Assembly: GCA_002408445.1 (NCBI GenBank)
Contig: DHSK01000062.1
Coordinates: 15,689-74,493, forward strand
From: Syntrophomonas sp. UBA5288
GTDB taxonomy: Bacteria; Bacillota; Syntrophomonadia; Syntrophomonadales; Syntrophomonadaceae
DNA length: 58,805 nucleotides
Direction: 5' to 3'
Shown: piece by piece, positions 8,478 through 18,515 of the stretch
Position numbering within the stretch: the stretch's first letter is position 1
Layout: every line of letters starts with the position of its first letter
Position numbers and translations under genes: made by a program
The notes under the pieces: generated by a model
The model's input: the letters and a program-made list of their open reading frames with translations, nothing else
The model's database searches: none
What the model was told of the DNA's origin: nothing

Positions 8478-9686
8478 CTAACCGACCTTTTCCAGGCCGG
8501 TTGCTTGCCTTAACTGAATTACCTTATCACTTCTCTCCCAGGGAAGTTCTATATCTGTTCGGCCAAAATGCCCGTACGAAGCTGTTTGTTGATAAATTGG
8601 ATGCTGCAAATCGAGTTCCTTGATTATCCCGGCGGGGCGAAGATCAAAATACCGGTTGATCAATGCAATTAGTTCTTTATTGCCGATTTTGCCGGTTCCA
8701 AAAGTATCAACATAGATAGATACCGGACGAGCTACCCCGATGGCATAAGCAATTTGTATTTCCACCCGGTCGGCCAGACCGGCGGCCACAATATTTTTAG
8801 CAACATATCTGGCCGCATAAGCTCCGGAACGGTCAACCTTGGTAGCATCTTTACCGGATAATGCACCGCCCCCATGACGGGTAAAACCTCCGTAAGTATC
8901 CACAATGATTTTCCGTCCTGTCAAACCGGCATCGCCCTGCGGACCACCGACTACAAATCTGCCGGTGGGGTTTATAAAATATCGGGTTTTACTATCCAAA
9001 AGAGTATTGGGGATAACCGGTTTAATTATTTGTTCAATGACATCTTTATTGATGGTTGCCAGATCAACCTCGGGATCATGCTGGGTAGAAATGACAATAG
9101 TATCAACTCTAACCGGTTGGCCGTTTTCGTATTCCACTGTGACCTGACTCTTTCCGTCAGGTCTTAGATAAGAGAGCAAGTTATTTTTTCTGGCATCAGC
9201 CAACCGCCTGGTTAAGCGATGTGCCAGCACAATAGGTAAGGGTAAATATTCCGGTGTTTCATTGGTGGCATAACCAAAAACCACCCCCTGATCTCCTGCT
9301 CCGATCAGATCAAGTTCGTCATCCTGGGACTGACCCGTTCTGATTTCTATTGATTTATCAACCCCTTGGGCAATGTCTGGCGACTGTTCGTCAATAGTCG
9401 TTATAACTGCGCAGGTATCTCCATCAAAGCCATATTTCGCATGTGTGTATCCAATCTTTTTAATGGTTTCTCTTACGATTTTGGGAATATCGATGTACGC
9501 ATTAGTGCTTATTTCCCCGGCAACAACGACTAAACCCGTCGTTACCAATGCTTCCACCGCAACGCGGCCCTCCGGATCTTTAGTTAAAATAGCATCCAAT
9601 ATGCTGTCGGAAATCTGATCAGCCAGTTTATCAGGGTGACCTTCGGTGACTGATTCCGACGTAAACAAATACCTTTCCTGACTCAT
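8478..9686 (-). CDS. metK: S-adenosylmethionine synthetase
   Basis: [23 protein letters not shown], and the conserved C-terminal ASYGHFGR. Confidence 0.97.
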   Translation of the reverse strand: MSQERYLFTSESVTEGHPDKLADQISDSILDAILTKDPEGRVAVEALVTTGLVVVAGEISTNAYIDIPKIVRETIKKIGYTHAKYGFDGDTCAVITTIDEQSPDIAQGVDKSIEIRTGQSQDDELDLIGAGDQGVVFGYATNETPEYLPLPIVLAHRLTRRLADARKNNLLSYLRPDGKSQVTVEYENGQPVRVDTIVISTQHDPEVDLATINKDVIEQIIKPVIPNTLLDSKTRYFINPTGRFVVGGPQGDAGLTGRKIIVDTYGGFTRHGGGALSGKDATKVDRSGAYAARYVAKNIVAAGLADRVEIQIAYAIGVARPVSIYVDTFGTGKIGNKELIALINRYFDLRPAGIIKELDLQHPIYQQTASYGHFGRTDIELPWERSDKVIQLRQATGLEKVG

Positions 9687-9747
9687 TTCTTTTTCCTCCC
9701 TTTGAATTTTAAAAATAAAGGTAACATTCTAAAACAACCAGCTACTG

Positions 9748-9793
9748 GTAAAAAAGAAGACCAAGTTGCATTTTTCACAACGCAACTTGGTCT
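9748..9793 (-). terminator. Intrinsic terminator inside the metK 5' leader (attenuator)
   Basis: On the minus strand: AGACCAAGTTGCG-ttgtgaaaaa-TGCAACTTGGTCT, followed by TCTTTTTT. It lies between the predicted promoter and the metK start. Confidence 0.6.
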
Positions 9794-9859
9794 CCAGTAT
9801 GTCTGGTCAACCGGTTATGTAATTCCTACTTAACCAATATAATTACTAGGTTATCTGTA

Positions 9860-9887
9860 AGTATAATACATCATAATTGTTTGTCAA
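9860..9887 (-). promoter_or_regulatory. SigA-type promoter for metK
   Basis: Minus strand TTGACA-16 nt-TATACT (the complement appears as tgtcaa at 9882-9887 and agtata at 9860-9865). Confidence 0.5.
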
Positions 9888-9913
9888 CACTTTTATTAAT
9901 AATTATTTCAACA

Positions 9914-9963
9914 ACCAAAAAGGCGTCTATTACCGGTTATATAAAAATACGGTAATAGACGCC
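9914..9963 (-). terminator. Intrinsic terminator of tcdA
   Basis: 14-bp perfect stem GGCGTCTATTACCG / CGGTAATAGACGCC, followed on the minus strand by TTTTTGG. Confidence 0.75.
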
Positions 9964-9985
9964 GGGAAAATTATTTAACAGCTTG

Positions 9986-10762
9986 CTATGATACCGGATT
10001 ATGGGGTGGAACATTAGAAATCAGATCTTTTACTACCTCACCTGCTATTATTAAACCTGCCACTGAAGGTACAAATGATATACTGCCGGGAATTTGGCGG
10101 CGGATGGTACAAGATCTGGTCGTACCTTTAGGACAAATACAATGTAATCTACAACTGGTCGCTTCGGTTTCCAGTGGTCTTAACGGTTCCTCTTTGGAAT
10201 AAACCACTTTCAACTCACTAATCCCCCTATTCCTTAGTTCTTTTCTCATAACCTTGGCCAGGGGACAAACAGATGTCTCATAAATATCTGCTACCTCAAA
10301 TTTTGTCGGATCCAGTTTGTTGCCAGCCCCCATGCAGCTTATTATGGGAATTCCCATTAGCTTTGCATTTATAACCAGGTCTATCTTGGCGGAAACCGTA
10401 TCAATTGCATCTATAATATAGTCATAATCGGGTCTAATTAATTCGGCGGCCTTGTCCGGCATATAGAAGGTCTGGTGGGTGACTACTTCTGTCCGGGGAT
10501 TAATATCCAAAATCCTGTCCCGCATAACCTCAACTTTTGGTTTACCCACGGTTTTTCGGGTAGCATGAAGCTGCCTGTTTATATTGGTTAAGCAAATGCA
10601 GTCATCATCAATCAGCACTAGCTTACCAACTCCAGCCCTTACCAGTCCTTCCACAGCGAAAGCTCCTACTCCCCCGATGCCGAAAACCGCAACTTTACTA
10701 CGGGCCAGCTTTTGGAGTGCTTCATTTCCTATAAGTAATTCGGTCCTTGAAAATTCGTTCAT
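9986..10762 (-). CDS. tcdA: tRNA threonylcarbamoyladenosine dehydratase (ThiF-family, TcdA/CsdL-like)
   Basis: MNEFSRTELLIG..., GIGGVGAFAVEGLVRAGVG, NINRQ. The start is placed at the ATG preceded by GAGGAGG; the ORF-track start at 10783 is seven codons upstream. Confidence 0.8.
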   Translation of the reverse strand: MNEFSRTELLIGNEALQKLARSKVAVFGIGGVGAFAVEGLVRAGVGKLVLIDDDCICLTNINRQLHATRKTVGKPKVEVMRDRILDINPRTEVVTHQTFYMPDKAAELIRPDYDYIIDAIDTVSAKIDLVINAKLMGIPIISCMGAGNKLDPTKFEVADIYETSVCPLAKVMRKELRNRGISELKVVYSKEEPLRPLETEATSCRLHCICPKGTTRSCTIRRQIPGSISFVPSVAGLIIAGEVVKDLISNVPPHNPVS

Positions 10763-10953
10763 TTTTCCTCCTCGAACTTGCATTAGTAATTCTTTAATAA
10801 AATATAAAGCTTTGAACTGCTATTTACAACTTGCTGAGAATAACTAAAACTTTAGCGCTATTTAACAATCTTCATAAAATCCACATATATTACAGCTATT
10901 ATTCAGGGAAGTCAACAGGAGTTACCAAAAGTTATTACCAAGGGGTTGATTAA

Positions 10954-11787
10954 ATGGAAAGGGTACTTTTCCAGCTGGGACCAGTGTCAATTTATACTTT
11001 CAGCGTCAGTATCGCGGTTGGGGTATTGGCAGCTTATTGGTTGACTCATAAAGAAACCCAAAGGATTAAAATGGATGATAACTCCATTGACAATCTTTTT
11101 ATAATCTTATTAATAGCCGGCATTTTGGGAGCACGTATTTTCTATATTTTGTTTTATAATCCAGCCTTTTATTGGCAGCATCCTTTCGAGGTTATCAAAA
11201 TAAATGAGGGAGGCCTTTCTATACATGGGGGTATCCTGGGTGCAGTTGCTGCAGGCCTTTGGTATACCAGGCGGCTTAAGATTCCTTTCTGGCCGGTTGC
11301 CGACCTGCTGGCTCCGGCTGTCATATTAGCCCAGGGGATAGCCCGGGTGGGATGTGATGTTTATGGCCGGGTTATGTCTCAGGCATGGCCATGGGGAATT
11401 AATTTACAGGGCCAATTAGTTCATCCGGTTCAGATATATGAAACCATATTGGATCTGACCTTGTTTATATTCCTGTGGGGAAAGCGGGATAGGCAAAAAT
11501 ATTCCGGGCAGATTTTTGTATTTTACCTGGCTGGTTATGCCGGCATTAGATTGGTTCTGGAGTTTTTTAGAACCAACCCCGTAATCATCTGGAATATTAC
11601 CCCGGCTCATCTGACCGGCATACTATTTATATTGCTGGCTATAGGACTGGACCTATGGCTTTCCCGAGTTAAGCCGGTGCCGAAAACGGAAACGCAAATG
11701 GAGAGATTCTGGGTCAGCGCCAAAGTCTGGAAGGCAGTGATAGCCCTGACAGCTGTATGTATAACAGTTTTCTATATTATCAGATAA
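10954..11787 (+). CDS. lgt: Prolipoprotein diacylglyceryl transferase
   Basis: GGLSIHGGILG and GIARVGC motifs in a polytopic membrane protein. Confidence 0.9.
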   Translation: MERVLFQLGPVSIYTFSVSIAVGVLAAYWLTHKETQRIKMDDNSIDNLFIILLIAGILGARIFYILFYNPAFYWQHPFEVIKINEGGLSIHGGILGAVAAGLWYTRRLKIPFWPVADLLAPAVILAQGIARVGCDVYGRVMSQAWPWGINLQGQLVHPVQIYETILDLTLFIFLWGKRDRQKYSGQIFVFYLAGYAGIRLVLEFFRTNPVIIWNITPAHLTGILFILLAIGLDLWLSRVKPVPKTETQMERFWVSAKVWKAVIALTAVCITVFYIIR

Positions 11788-11882
11788 CCGCGCTGCAGTC
11801 CTGGAACTGAGTCTGTTTCTTCATAAAATCTTCACAAATTAATGACACCATAAGCTTATAAGATAAGGGAGTGAGTTAATTC

Positions 11883-13310
11883 TTGAAAGAAAGACTTGCA
11901 TGTAAAACACTTATGATTAGCAATATGACCTGCAGCAGCTGTGAAATGCGAATCGAAAACAAACTTGGCAAGATGGATGGTATTGTTAACATAAGAGCTC
12001 AATTCAGCACATCCCGGGTGGATGTTACTTATGATGCCAATATCGTTGGGCTTGATGCCATTATTCAAGCCATAGAAAAGCTAGGCTATTCGGTTATGAA
12101 TAAACCGGCCGCCAGCCAAGCTGGCAATAAGTCCAATGATAAGTTTACTATTAACCAGCTATTGGGAATAGGGATAATTGTGTTGGCGTTCTACGTGATA
12201 ATCAATAATACTGTGGGGTTTAACTTCATACCCGACATCAATCAAAACATGGGTTATGGGATACTGTTTATTATTGGTTTGATTACTTCGCTGCATTGTA
12301 TGGCTATGTGTGGCGGAATAAACCTTCCCCAATGTATATCCTATAAAATTGATCCGGACAACTTAACCAGAGTGGCAAAACTCAAACCAAGTCTTATGTA
12401 TAATTCCGGCAGGGTAATATCTTACACGCTGATTGGTGGTATGGCAGGTGCTTTAGGCTCGGCAGTAAGTTTTTCCGGTACGGCCAAAGGAACGGTAGCT
12501 ATTATTTCTGGTATATTCATGGTAATAATGGGACTGAACATGTTAAACATGTTTCCCTGGCTGCGCAGATTTAATCCCAAAATGCCCAGGATATTTGGCA
12601 ATAGAATATTAAATAATAATGGTAGGCATGGTCCCTTTTATATTGGCCTGTTAAACGGTTTAATGCCCTGCGGACCCTTACAGGCTATGCAGTTATATGC
12701 TTTAGGAACCGGCAGCTTTTTCGCAGGTGCCTTATCCATGTTTGTGTTTAGCGTGGGCACGGTGCCTTTAATGTTTGGTTTCGGAGCTATCAGTTCATTT
12801 TTAAGCAGCAAGTTTACTCACCGGATGATGAAAGCCAGTGCTGTCCTGGTTATGGTATTAGGGGTCATCATGGTAAGCAGAGGCTTAAGCTTATCTGGTA
12901 TTGCCTATGCGAAACCATCTATTGCAGACTCTGCTGCTTCCGGCAGTGTAGCCAAAATTGCAGGTAATGTGCAGGTGGTCAGCACCAGCTTGGACGGAGG
13001 CAGGTATAAACCAATAATTGTACAAAAGGGTATTCCTGTGCAATGGACCATAAAAGCGCAAGACCAGGATATAAACGGATGCAATGAAACCATGGTGATT
13101 CCTATGTATAATGTAGAGAAACAACTAGTCAGTGGTGACAATGTAATAGAATTTACTCCCGACCGGGAAGGAAGCATTCCCTACACTTGTTGGATGGGAA
13201 TGATCAGTAGTAATATTCAGGTAGTTGACGATATCAGCCAGGTTTCGCAAAGTGATATCAGCAAATTTTCCCAAGGTTCAGCCGGAGCCGGTCCCTCATG
13301 TTGCCAATGA
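11883..13310 (+). CDS. Heavy-metal-associated (HMA) domain fused to a DsbD/TauE-like polytopic membrane domain and a C-terminal soluble beta-rich domain
   Basis: N-terminal MTCSSCEMRIE HMA motif. Multiple TM helices carry CMAMCGG and MPCGP motifs. The C-terminus ends in PSCCQ. TTG start (an alternative ATG lies 10 codons in). It sits directly upstream of copA. Confidence 0.6.
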   Translation: MKERLACKTLMISNMTCSSCEMRIENKLGKMDGIVNIRAQFSTSRVDVTYDANIVGLDAIIQAIEKLGYSVMNKPAASQAGNKSNDKFTINQLLGIGIIVLAFYVIINNTVGFNFIPDINQNMGYGILFIIGLITSLHCMAMCGGINLPQCISYKIDPDNLTRVAKLKPSLMYNSGRVISYTLIGGMAGALGSAVSFSGTAKGTVAIISGIFMVIMGLNMLNMFPWLRRFNPKMPRIFGNRILNNNGRHGPFYIGLLNGLMPCGPLQAMQLYALGTGSFFAGALSMFVFSVGTVPLMFGFGAISSFLSSKFTHRMMKASAVLVMVLGVIMVSRGLSLSGIAYAKPSIADSAASGSVAKIAGNVQVVSTSLDGGRYKPIIVQKGIPVQWTIKAQDQDINGCNETMVIPMYNVEKQLVSGDNVIEFTPDREGSIPYTCWMGMISSNIQVVDDISQVSQSDISKFSQGSAGAGPSCCQ

Positions 13311-13342
13311 TAGCAACCCATCTTAAATAGGAGGTAATCACC

Positions 13343-16087
13343 ATGATGCGCAAGGAATCAATAAAAATATCAGGTATGAGCTGTGCAGCCTGCGCTAACA
13401 GGATAGAAAAGGGATTAAACAAGCTTGAGGGAGTTAACCAGGCCAATGTAAATCTGGCGGTGGAAAAAGCCACCGTTGACTTTGATGATAGGCTTACTAA
13501 TCCGGATAAATTTGAAGAAATTATAAAAAAGCTGGGTTATGGGGTCATTAAAGAGACTCCGGCCGGGGAAAACCAGGTGGAACTTAAGATTACCGGTATG
13601 TCCTGTGCAGCCTGTTCCGCCAAAATTGAGAAGAGCCTTAACAAAATGGACGGGGTTGACCAGGCCGCAGTTAACCTGACCACCGAACGGGCCCGTGTAA
13701 AATACGACGTTTCCCGGGTTAAGGTATCCGAAATGATCAGGACTATCCAGGCTTTAGGTTATGAGGCGGAAAAGGCCGAGGATATTAGCCGCGATCAGGA
13801 GCAGGAACAGAGGCAGAAGGAAATTAGGCAACTCAGAATGACGCTGATTATCTCCGCCGTATTGAGTGCACCTTTGCTGCTGGCTATGATTTTAAGCGTA
13901 TTCCACGTTGAAAAATCGTGGATAGCCGTGCTGCACAATCCGTATTTCCAGTTGGCCATTGCTACCCCCATACAGTTTGGAATTGGTTATCGATTCTATA
14001 AACATGCTTATTTTGCCCTGAGGTCCAAAAGCGCCAACATGGATGTTTTGATTGCCATGGGAACCTCAGCCGCGTATTTCTTTAGTGTATACAACTTGTT
14101 CTTTGAGCAGGTTCCGGCCGGTATGATGAAAGACCTTTATTTTGAGGCCGCCGCCATTATCATAACGCTCATACTGTTGGGTAAATATCTGGAAGCAGTA
14201 GCCAAGGGAAGAACTTCCGAGGCTATTAAAAAGCTCATGAGTTTGCAGGCTAAAACCGCCCGGGTAATTAGGAAGGGAGTAGAGGAGGACATTCCTATTG
14301 AGGAAGTTGAACTGGGAGATATAGTTGTGGTAAGGCCGGGTGAGAAAGTGCCGGTCGACGGCAGAATCACGGAAGGGAACTCCGCCCTGGATGAAGCCAT
14401 GCTTACCGGAGAGAGCCTGCCGGTTGATAAAAAGTCGGGTGACTCAGTATTTGGTGCTACTATAAATAAGTTTGGTACTTTTAAATTCGAGGTTACCAAA
14501 GTGGGCAGGGATACTGCCCTGTCGCAAATCATCAGAATGGTGGAAGAAGCCCAGGGCTCTAAAGCACCCATACAGAAAATTGCCGATCAGGTGGCAGGAG
14601 TATTTGTACCGGCGGTACTGGTAATTGCTTTGGTAACATTTTTAGCCTGGTTCCTGACCGGTGCGGGCATAAACAAAGCATTGATCAGCGCGGTGGCCGT
14701 TCTGGTTATAGCCTGTCCGTGTGCACTGGGATTAGCTACACCGACGGCTATTATGGTGGGAACGGGAAAAGGTGCTGAAAGTGGCATTCTTATCAAAGGC
14801 GGGGAGCACCTGGAGATGGCATATAAGTTAAACGCGGTAGTGCTTGATAAGACCGGAACCATTACCAGAGGGGAACCGGAGGTAACTGATGTATTGTCGT
14901 TAAATAGCTTGACCGAGGACGAGATTCTTAAGACAGCAGCCATAAGTGAGAAAAGTTCTGAACATCCTCTGGGAGTTGCCATATATGAAAGAGGTAAAAA
15001 GAAATGGGAAAGTTTGCCGGACCCCGATAAATTTGAGGCTATTCCCGGCAGAGGAATAATGGCCGTAGTTGATGACAGAGAAATTTATATCGGCACCAGA
15101 AAATTAATGAATGAAAAATCTATTGCTACGGGCAATATAGAAGCAACTATTGCCCGGCTGGAAGATGAAGGTAAAACCGCCATGCTCATGGCGACAGACA
15201 ATAACCTGGAAGCGGTACTGGCGGTTGCCGATACCTTAAAAGAAAATTCCCGGGAAGCCATAGCGGACTTGCAGCAAATGGGTATTGAGGTTTATATGAT
15301 AACCGGCGACAATCAAAGGACTGCGAATGCTATTGCCAAACAGGTGGGTATCACCAATGTCCTGGCCGAAGTCCTGCCGGAAAACAAGGCCGAAGAGGTA
15401 GAAAAACTTAAGGCGCAGGGTAAAATTGTGGCTATGGTGGGAGATGGAATTAACGATGCTCCCGCCCTGGCGACGGCAGATATCGGTATGGCTATAGGAA
15501 CCGGAACCGATATTGCCATGGAAGCTGCGGATATTACCTTAATGCGGGGTGATTTAAGGACTATTGCTGCTGCCATAAGGCTTTCCCGCAAGACTATAAA
15601 TAAAATTAAGCAAAATTTGTTTTGGGCTTTTATTTACAATATTATAGGTATTCCATTTGCAGCTTTAGGCTACTTAAGCCCGATAATAGCCGGTGCTGCT
15701 ATGGCATTTAGTTCTGTTTCCGTTGTTACCAATTCTTTAAGTTTGAAGCGCTATAATCCGAGTAAGAGCGATTTTAGGTTTAATGGTGCCAGAGAATGGG
15801 AAAACCAGAAATGGATTTCTAATAAATCTGAAGCAGTGTGTGAAAAACCATATTCGCAAAAAGGAGATGTAATGATGAGCAGTGAAACCAAGGTATTAAA
15901 TGTAGAAGGAATGTCTTGCAGCCATTGTGTCCATTCAGTAAAAACCGCGCTAGGTTCTCTAAACGGAGTAAGCAAGGTGGATGTGGATCTGGCCGGTAAA
16001 AAGGTAACTGTGGTCTATGATAAAGACCAGGTTCAGTTAAAAGCTATAACGGACTCCATTGAAAACGCCGGCTATGATGTAGTTTAA
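13343..16087 (+). CDS. copA: Copper-translocating P1B-type ATPase with two N-terminal HMA domains and an extra in-frame C-terminal CopZ-like HMA domain
   Basis: GMSCAAC twice, CPC ([12 protein letters not shown]), [13 protein letters not shown]. The C-terminal 70 aa carry GMSCSHC. Confidence 0.92.
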   Translation: MMRKESIKISGMSCAACANRIEKGLNKLEGVNQANVNLAVEKATVDFDDRLTNPDKFEEIIKKLGYGVIKETPAGENQVELKITGMSCAACSAKIEKSLNKMDGVDQAAVNLTTERARVKYDVSRVKVSEMIRTIQALGYEAEKAEDISRDQEQEQRQKEIRQLRMTLIISAVLSAPLLLAMILSVFHVEKSWIAVLHNPYFQLAIATPIQFGIGYRFYKHAYFALRSKSANMDVLIAMGTSAAYFFSVYNLFFEQVPAGMMKDLYFEAAAIIITLILLGKYLEAVAKGRTSEAIKKLMSLQAKTARVIRKGVEEDIPIEEVELGDIVVVRPGEKVPVDGRITEGNSALDEAMLTGESLPVDKKSGDSVFGATINKFGTFKFEVTKVGRDTALSQIIRMVEEAQGSKAPIQKIADQVAGVFVPAVLVIALVTFLAWFLTGAGINKALISAVAVLVIACPCALGLATPTAIMVGTGKGAESGILIKGGEHLEMAYKLNAVVLDKTGTITRGEPEVTDVLSLNSLTEDEILKTAAISEKSSEHPLGVAIYERGKKKWESLPDPDKFEAIPGRGIMAVVDDREIYIGTRKLMNEKSIATGNIEATIARLEDEGKTAMLMATDNNLEAVLAVADTLKENSREAIADLQQMGIEVYMITGDNQRTANAIAKQVGITNVLAEVLPENKAEEVEKLKAQGKIVAMVGDGINDAPALATADIGMAIGTGTDIAMEAADITLMRGDLRTIAAAIRLSRKTINKIKQNLFWAFIYNIIGIPFAALGYLSPIIAGAAMAFSSVSVVTNSLSLKRYNPSKSDFRFNGAREWENQKWISNKSEAVCEKPYSQKGDVMMSSETKVLNVEGMSCSHCVHSVKTALGSLNGVSKVDVDLAGKKVTVVYDKDQVQLKAITDSIENAGYDVV

Positions 16088-16153
16088 TTCCAATTACCCC
16101 CATGCCCGGAGGACACAACCATGTATGGAAATTAAGAATTATGAATTAATATA

Positions 16154-16178
16154 GAGAAGCTGACGCTTCTCATTATTC
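16154..16178 (+). terminator. Possible terminator after copA
   Basis: GAGAAGC-tgac-GCTTCTC followed by ATTATT. A second hairpin, GGGTGAGC/GCTCACCC, lies at 16193-16215. Confidence 0.4.
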
Positions 16179-16253
16179 CAAGAAAGGATTAAGGGTGAGC
16201 TTTACCGGCTCACCCTAATATCCCAAGCTTATATTTCCTGGGGAGATTATTTT

Positions 16254-16955
16254 ATGAATAAACATATTAAATCGATTCTGGTAGTTGATGATGAGGCCAA
16301 AATTGTTGAAGTAATCAAGTCATATCTGGAAGCCGGCGGTTATCAAGTTTATACAGCATCAGACGGCCAAGGTGCTCTGGACATATTTGATAATATTCAG
16401 CCTTCCCTGATTATATTAGATTTAATGCTGCCTGATATAAGCGGGGAAGAGATTTGCCGCCGTTTGCGTACCAAGTCGCGGGTACCGATCATCATGCTCA
16501 CAGCCAAAATTGAAGAAGAGGATATACTTACCGGCCTTGATATAGGTGCTGATGACTATGTAACCAAACCCTTCAGTCCTCGTCAATTGGTAGCCCGCGT
16601 TGCGGCTTTATTGAGAAGAGCCGAGGAAGGCGCGATCCCCCTGGTCCGGGTAATATCTTTTTTTAACAGCGATTTGGTAATAGACTTTCAAAGCTATGAA
16701 GTTAAAAAAAACGGAAAAATAGTAAACCTGACCCCCAACGAATTCAAAATGCTGGGTGCCTTGCTAAAATATCCGCAAAAGGTATTTACCCGGGAGGAAT
16801 TAATTAATATTGTTATAGGTGAAGATTTCGAAGGGTATGATCGAATTATTGATACCCATATTAAAAATTTGCGGCAAAAAATTGAAACCGATTCGAAAAA
16901 TCCTATCTATATTTTAACTGTGCACGGCATCGGTTACAAATTTGGCGGTGAGTGA
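16254..16955 (+). CDS. OmpR-family response regulator
   Basis: Receiver domain (VVDDE, ILDLMLPD, KP) plus a winged-helix C-terminus (VHGIGYKF). Confidence 0.9.
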   Translation: MNKHIKSILVVDDEAKIVEVIKSYLEAGGYQVYTASDGQGALDIFDNIQPSLIILDLMLPDISGEEICRRLRTKSRVPIIMLTAKIEEEDILTGLDIGADDYVTKPFSPRQLVARVAALLRRAEEGAIPLVRVISFFNSDLVIDFQSYEVKKNGKIVNLTPNEFKMLGALLKYPQKVFTREELINIVIGEDFEGYDRIIDTHIKNLRQKIETDSKNPIYILTVHGIGYKFGGE

Positions 16956-18381
16956 CCTGAAAAAATATAAATTGCGAACCAGACTATCCCTAGCCTATAT
17001 TTTTCTAGCGTTATTTTTGGTAGCTCTTATCAGTATTCTTTCCAATGTGTTTTTGGAAAAACACTTCCAGGATTATATTATTAAACAACAAGCAACCAAA
17101 AATATGGATATTGCCAGCTTGATAAGTCAGCAATACAACGATGCGGATAATAGCTGGAGAAAAACGGTAGTGGAAAATATTGGAATTAATGCTCTGGAGC
17201 AGGGTTTGATCGTGAAAGTCAAAGACAAGCCAGGGAATATAATTTGGGATGCTACAGTTCACAACAGCGGACTTTGCAACCAGATGATTACTCATATGTC
17301 ACAAAATATGGCCAGCCGATACCCCCGTTTTGCCGGCGGATATAAAGTTAACAGCTACCCGCTGAAACATGGTGCAAAATTGGTAGGTAATGTGGAAATT
17401 GGATATTACGGGCCTTTTTATTACAATGACAATGATCTGGCGTTTATTAATGCCCTCAATAAAATACTGGGCATGGCGGCAACCTTTTCCTTATTATTGG
17501 CATTGCTATTGGGGGCATTGACCGCTAAACGATTCAGTGCACCAATATCTAGTGCAGTTGAAGCAGCCCGTGATATTAGCCGAGGTCATTATAACCACCG
17601 GATTACGGATATATCCAACACTACCGAGATAGATGAGCTTACCTCCACAGTTAATGACCTGGCCGAAGGCCTGGGCAAGCAGGAAAAACTGAGACGGCGC
17701 CTGACTGCTAACGTAGCCCATGAGCTGAGGACTCCGCTGGCTACCCTGCAGAGTCATATGGAAGCTATGATTGATGGTATATGGGAGCCTGACAGCTCCA
17801 GACTAAAAAGCTGTCATGAAGAGATCATGAGACTTAACAGACTGGTGGGAGATTTAGAGAACCTGGCCCGCTATGAAAGCGAAGATCCGGTTATTAGAAG
17901 AGAAAACTTTGATCTTTCTGAATTAACCCGGCACATTATAAAAAATTATGAGGCGGAATTTGCCAATAAGGATATTGTCCTTGATTTTCAGGGAGGAGTT
18001 AGTCCGGTACATGCGGATCGTGACAAGATAAGTCAGGTGATCGTCAATTTGCTGTCTAATGCCTTGAAGTATACAGCGGCGGGGGGAAGTGTGATAATAA
18101 CCGTGGCTCATGATCAGGCCCAGGCAATTCTAAAAATAAGGGATAGAGGTATAGGTATATCATCTGAAGATCTGGAACATATCTTTGAACGCCTTTACCG
18201 GGTTGATAAATCACGTTCCCGCGAAAGCGGTGGTTCCGGAATTGGGCTGGCTATTGTCAAAGCCATCATTGATGCCCATGGAGGAAGGATAAGTGTCAGC
18301 AGCATTATTAATAAAGGGACAGAATTTACCATAACCTTGCCGGATTCGCATCAACTACCGGCAAGTATTTCGGAGAATTAA
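16942..18381 (+). CDS. Membrane sensor histidine kinase (HAMP-HisKA-HATPase), partner of the OmpR regulator. It may be metal-responsive, judging from context only.
   Basis: H-box AHELRTPL, N-box NLLSNALKY, G-boxes DRGIGI and GGSGIGLAIV. Two TM segments. Confidence 0.9.
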   Translation: MAVSDLKKYKLRTRLSLAYIFLALFLVALISILSNVFLEKHFQDYIIKQQATKNMDIASLISQQYNDADNSWRKTVVENIGINALEQGLIVKVKDKPGNIIWDATVHNSGLCNQMITHMSQNMASRYPRFAGGYKVNSYPLKHGAKLVGNVEIGYYGPFYYNDNDLAFINALNKILGMAATFSLLLALLLGALTAKRFSAPISSAVEAARDISRGHYNHRITDISNTTEIDELTSTVNDLAEGLGKQEKLRRRLTANVAHELRTPLATLQSHMEAMIDGIWEPDSSRLKSCHEEIMRLNRLVGDLENLARYESEDPVIRRENFDLSELTRHIIKNYEAEFANKDIVLDFQGGVSPVHADRDKISQVIVNLLSNALKYTAAGGSVIITVAHDQAQAILKIRDRGIGISSEDLEHIFERLYRVDKSRSRESGGSGIGLAIVKAIIDAHGGRISVSSIINKGTEFTITLPDSHQLPASISEN

Positions 18382-18437
18382 ATAATCCCAAGGCTCCCGG
18401 TAACTTTGGATAATATTTAGGAGTTAAAAAATGTCTA

Positions 18438-18472
18438 AAGGCTGCATCCAACAGAGGGCAGCCTTTTGGTTT
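18438..18472. terminator. Bidirectional hairpin terminator between the kinase gene and the yitT remnant
   Basis: AAAGGCTGC-11-nt loop-GCAGCCTTT, followed by TGGTTT. Confidence 0.65.
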
Positions 18473-18515
18473 GACCAACATATTTTGCCTGGCAATAGGC
18501 CGAAAGCCGGTCAGT

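Noticed and set aside
9687-9887. A canonical SAM-I (S-box) riboswitch upstream of metK
   Set aside because: The leader between the predicted promoter and the terminator is only about 60 nt and lacks the conserved GAGGGA, GCAACC and kink-turn elements. It is reported as an unclassified attenuator instead.
14137-15591. Minus-strand ORFs (144, 131 and 92 aa) inside copA
   Set aside because: They are antisense shadows of a gene with unmistakable P-type ATPase motifs. They are Ser/Thr/Pro/Ala-rich nonsense frames.
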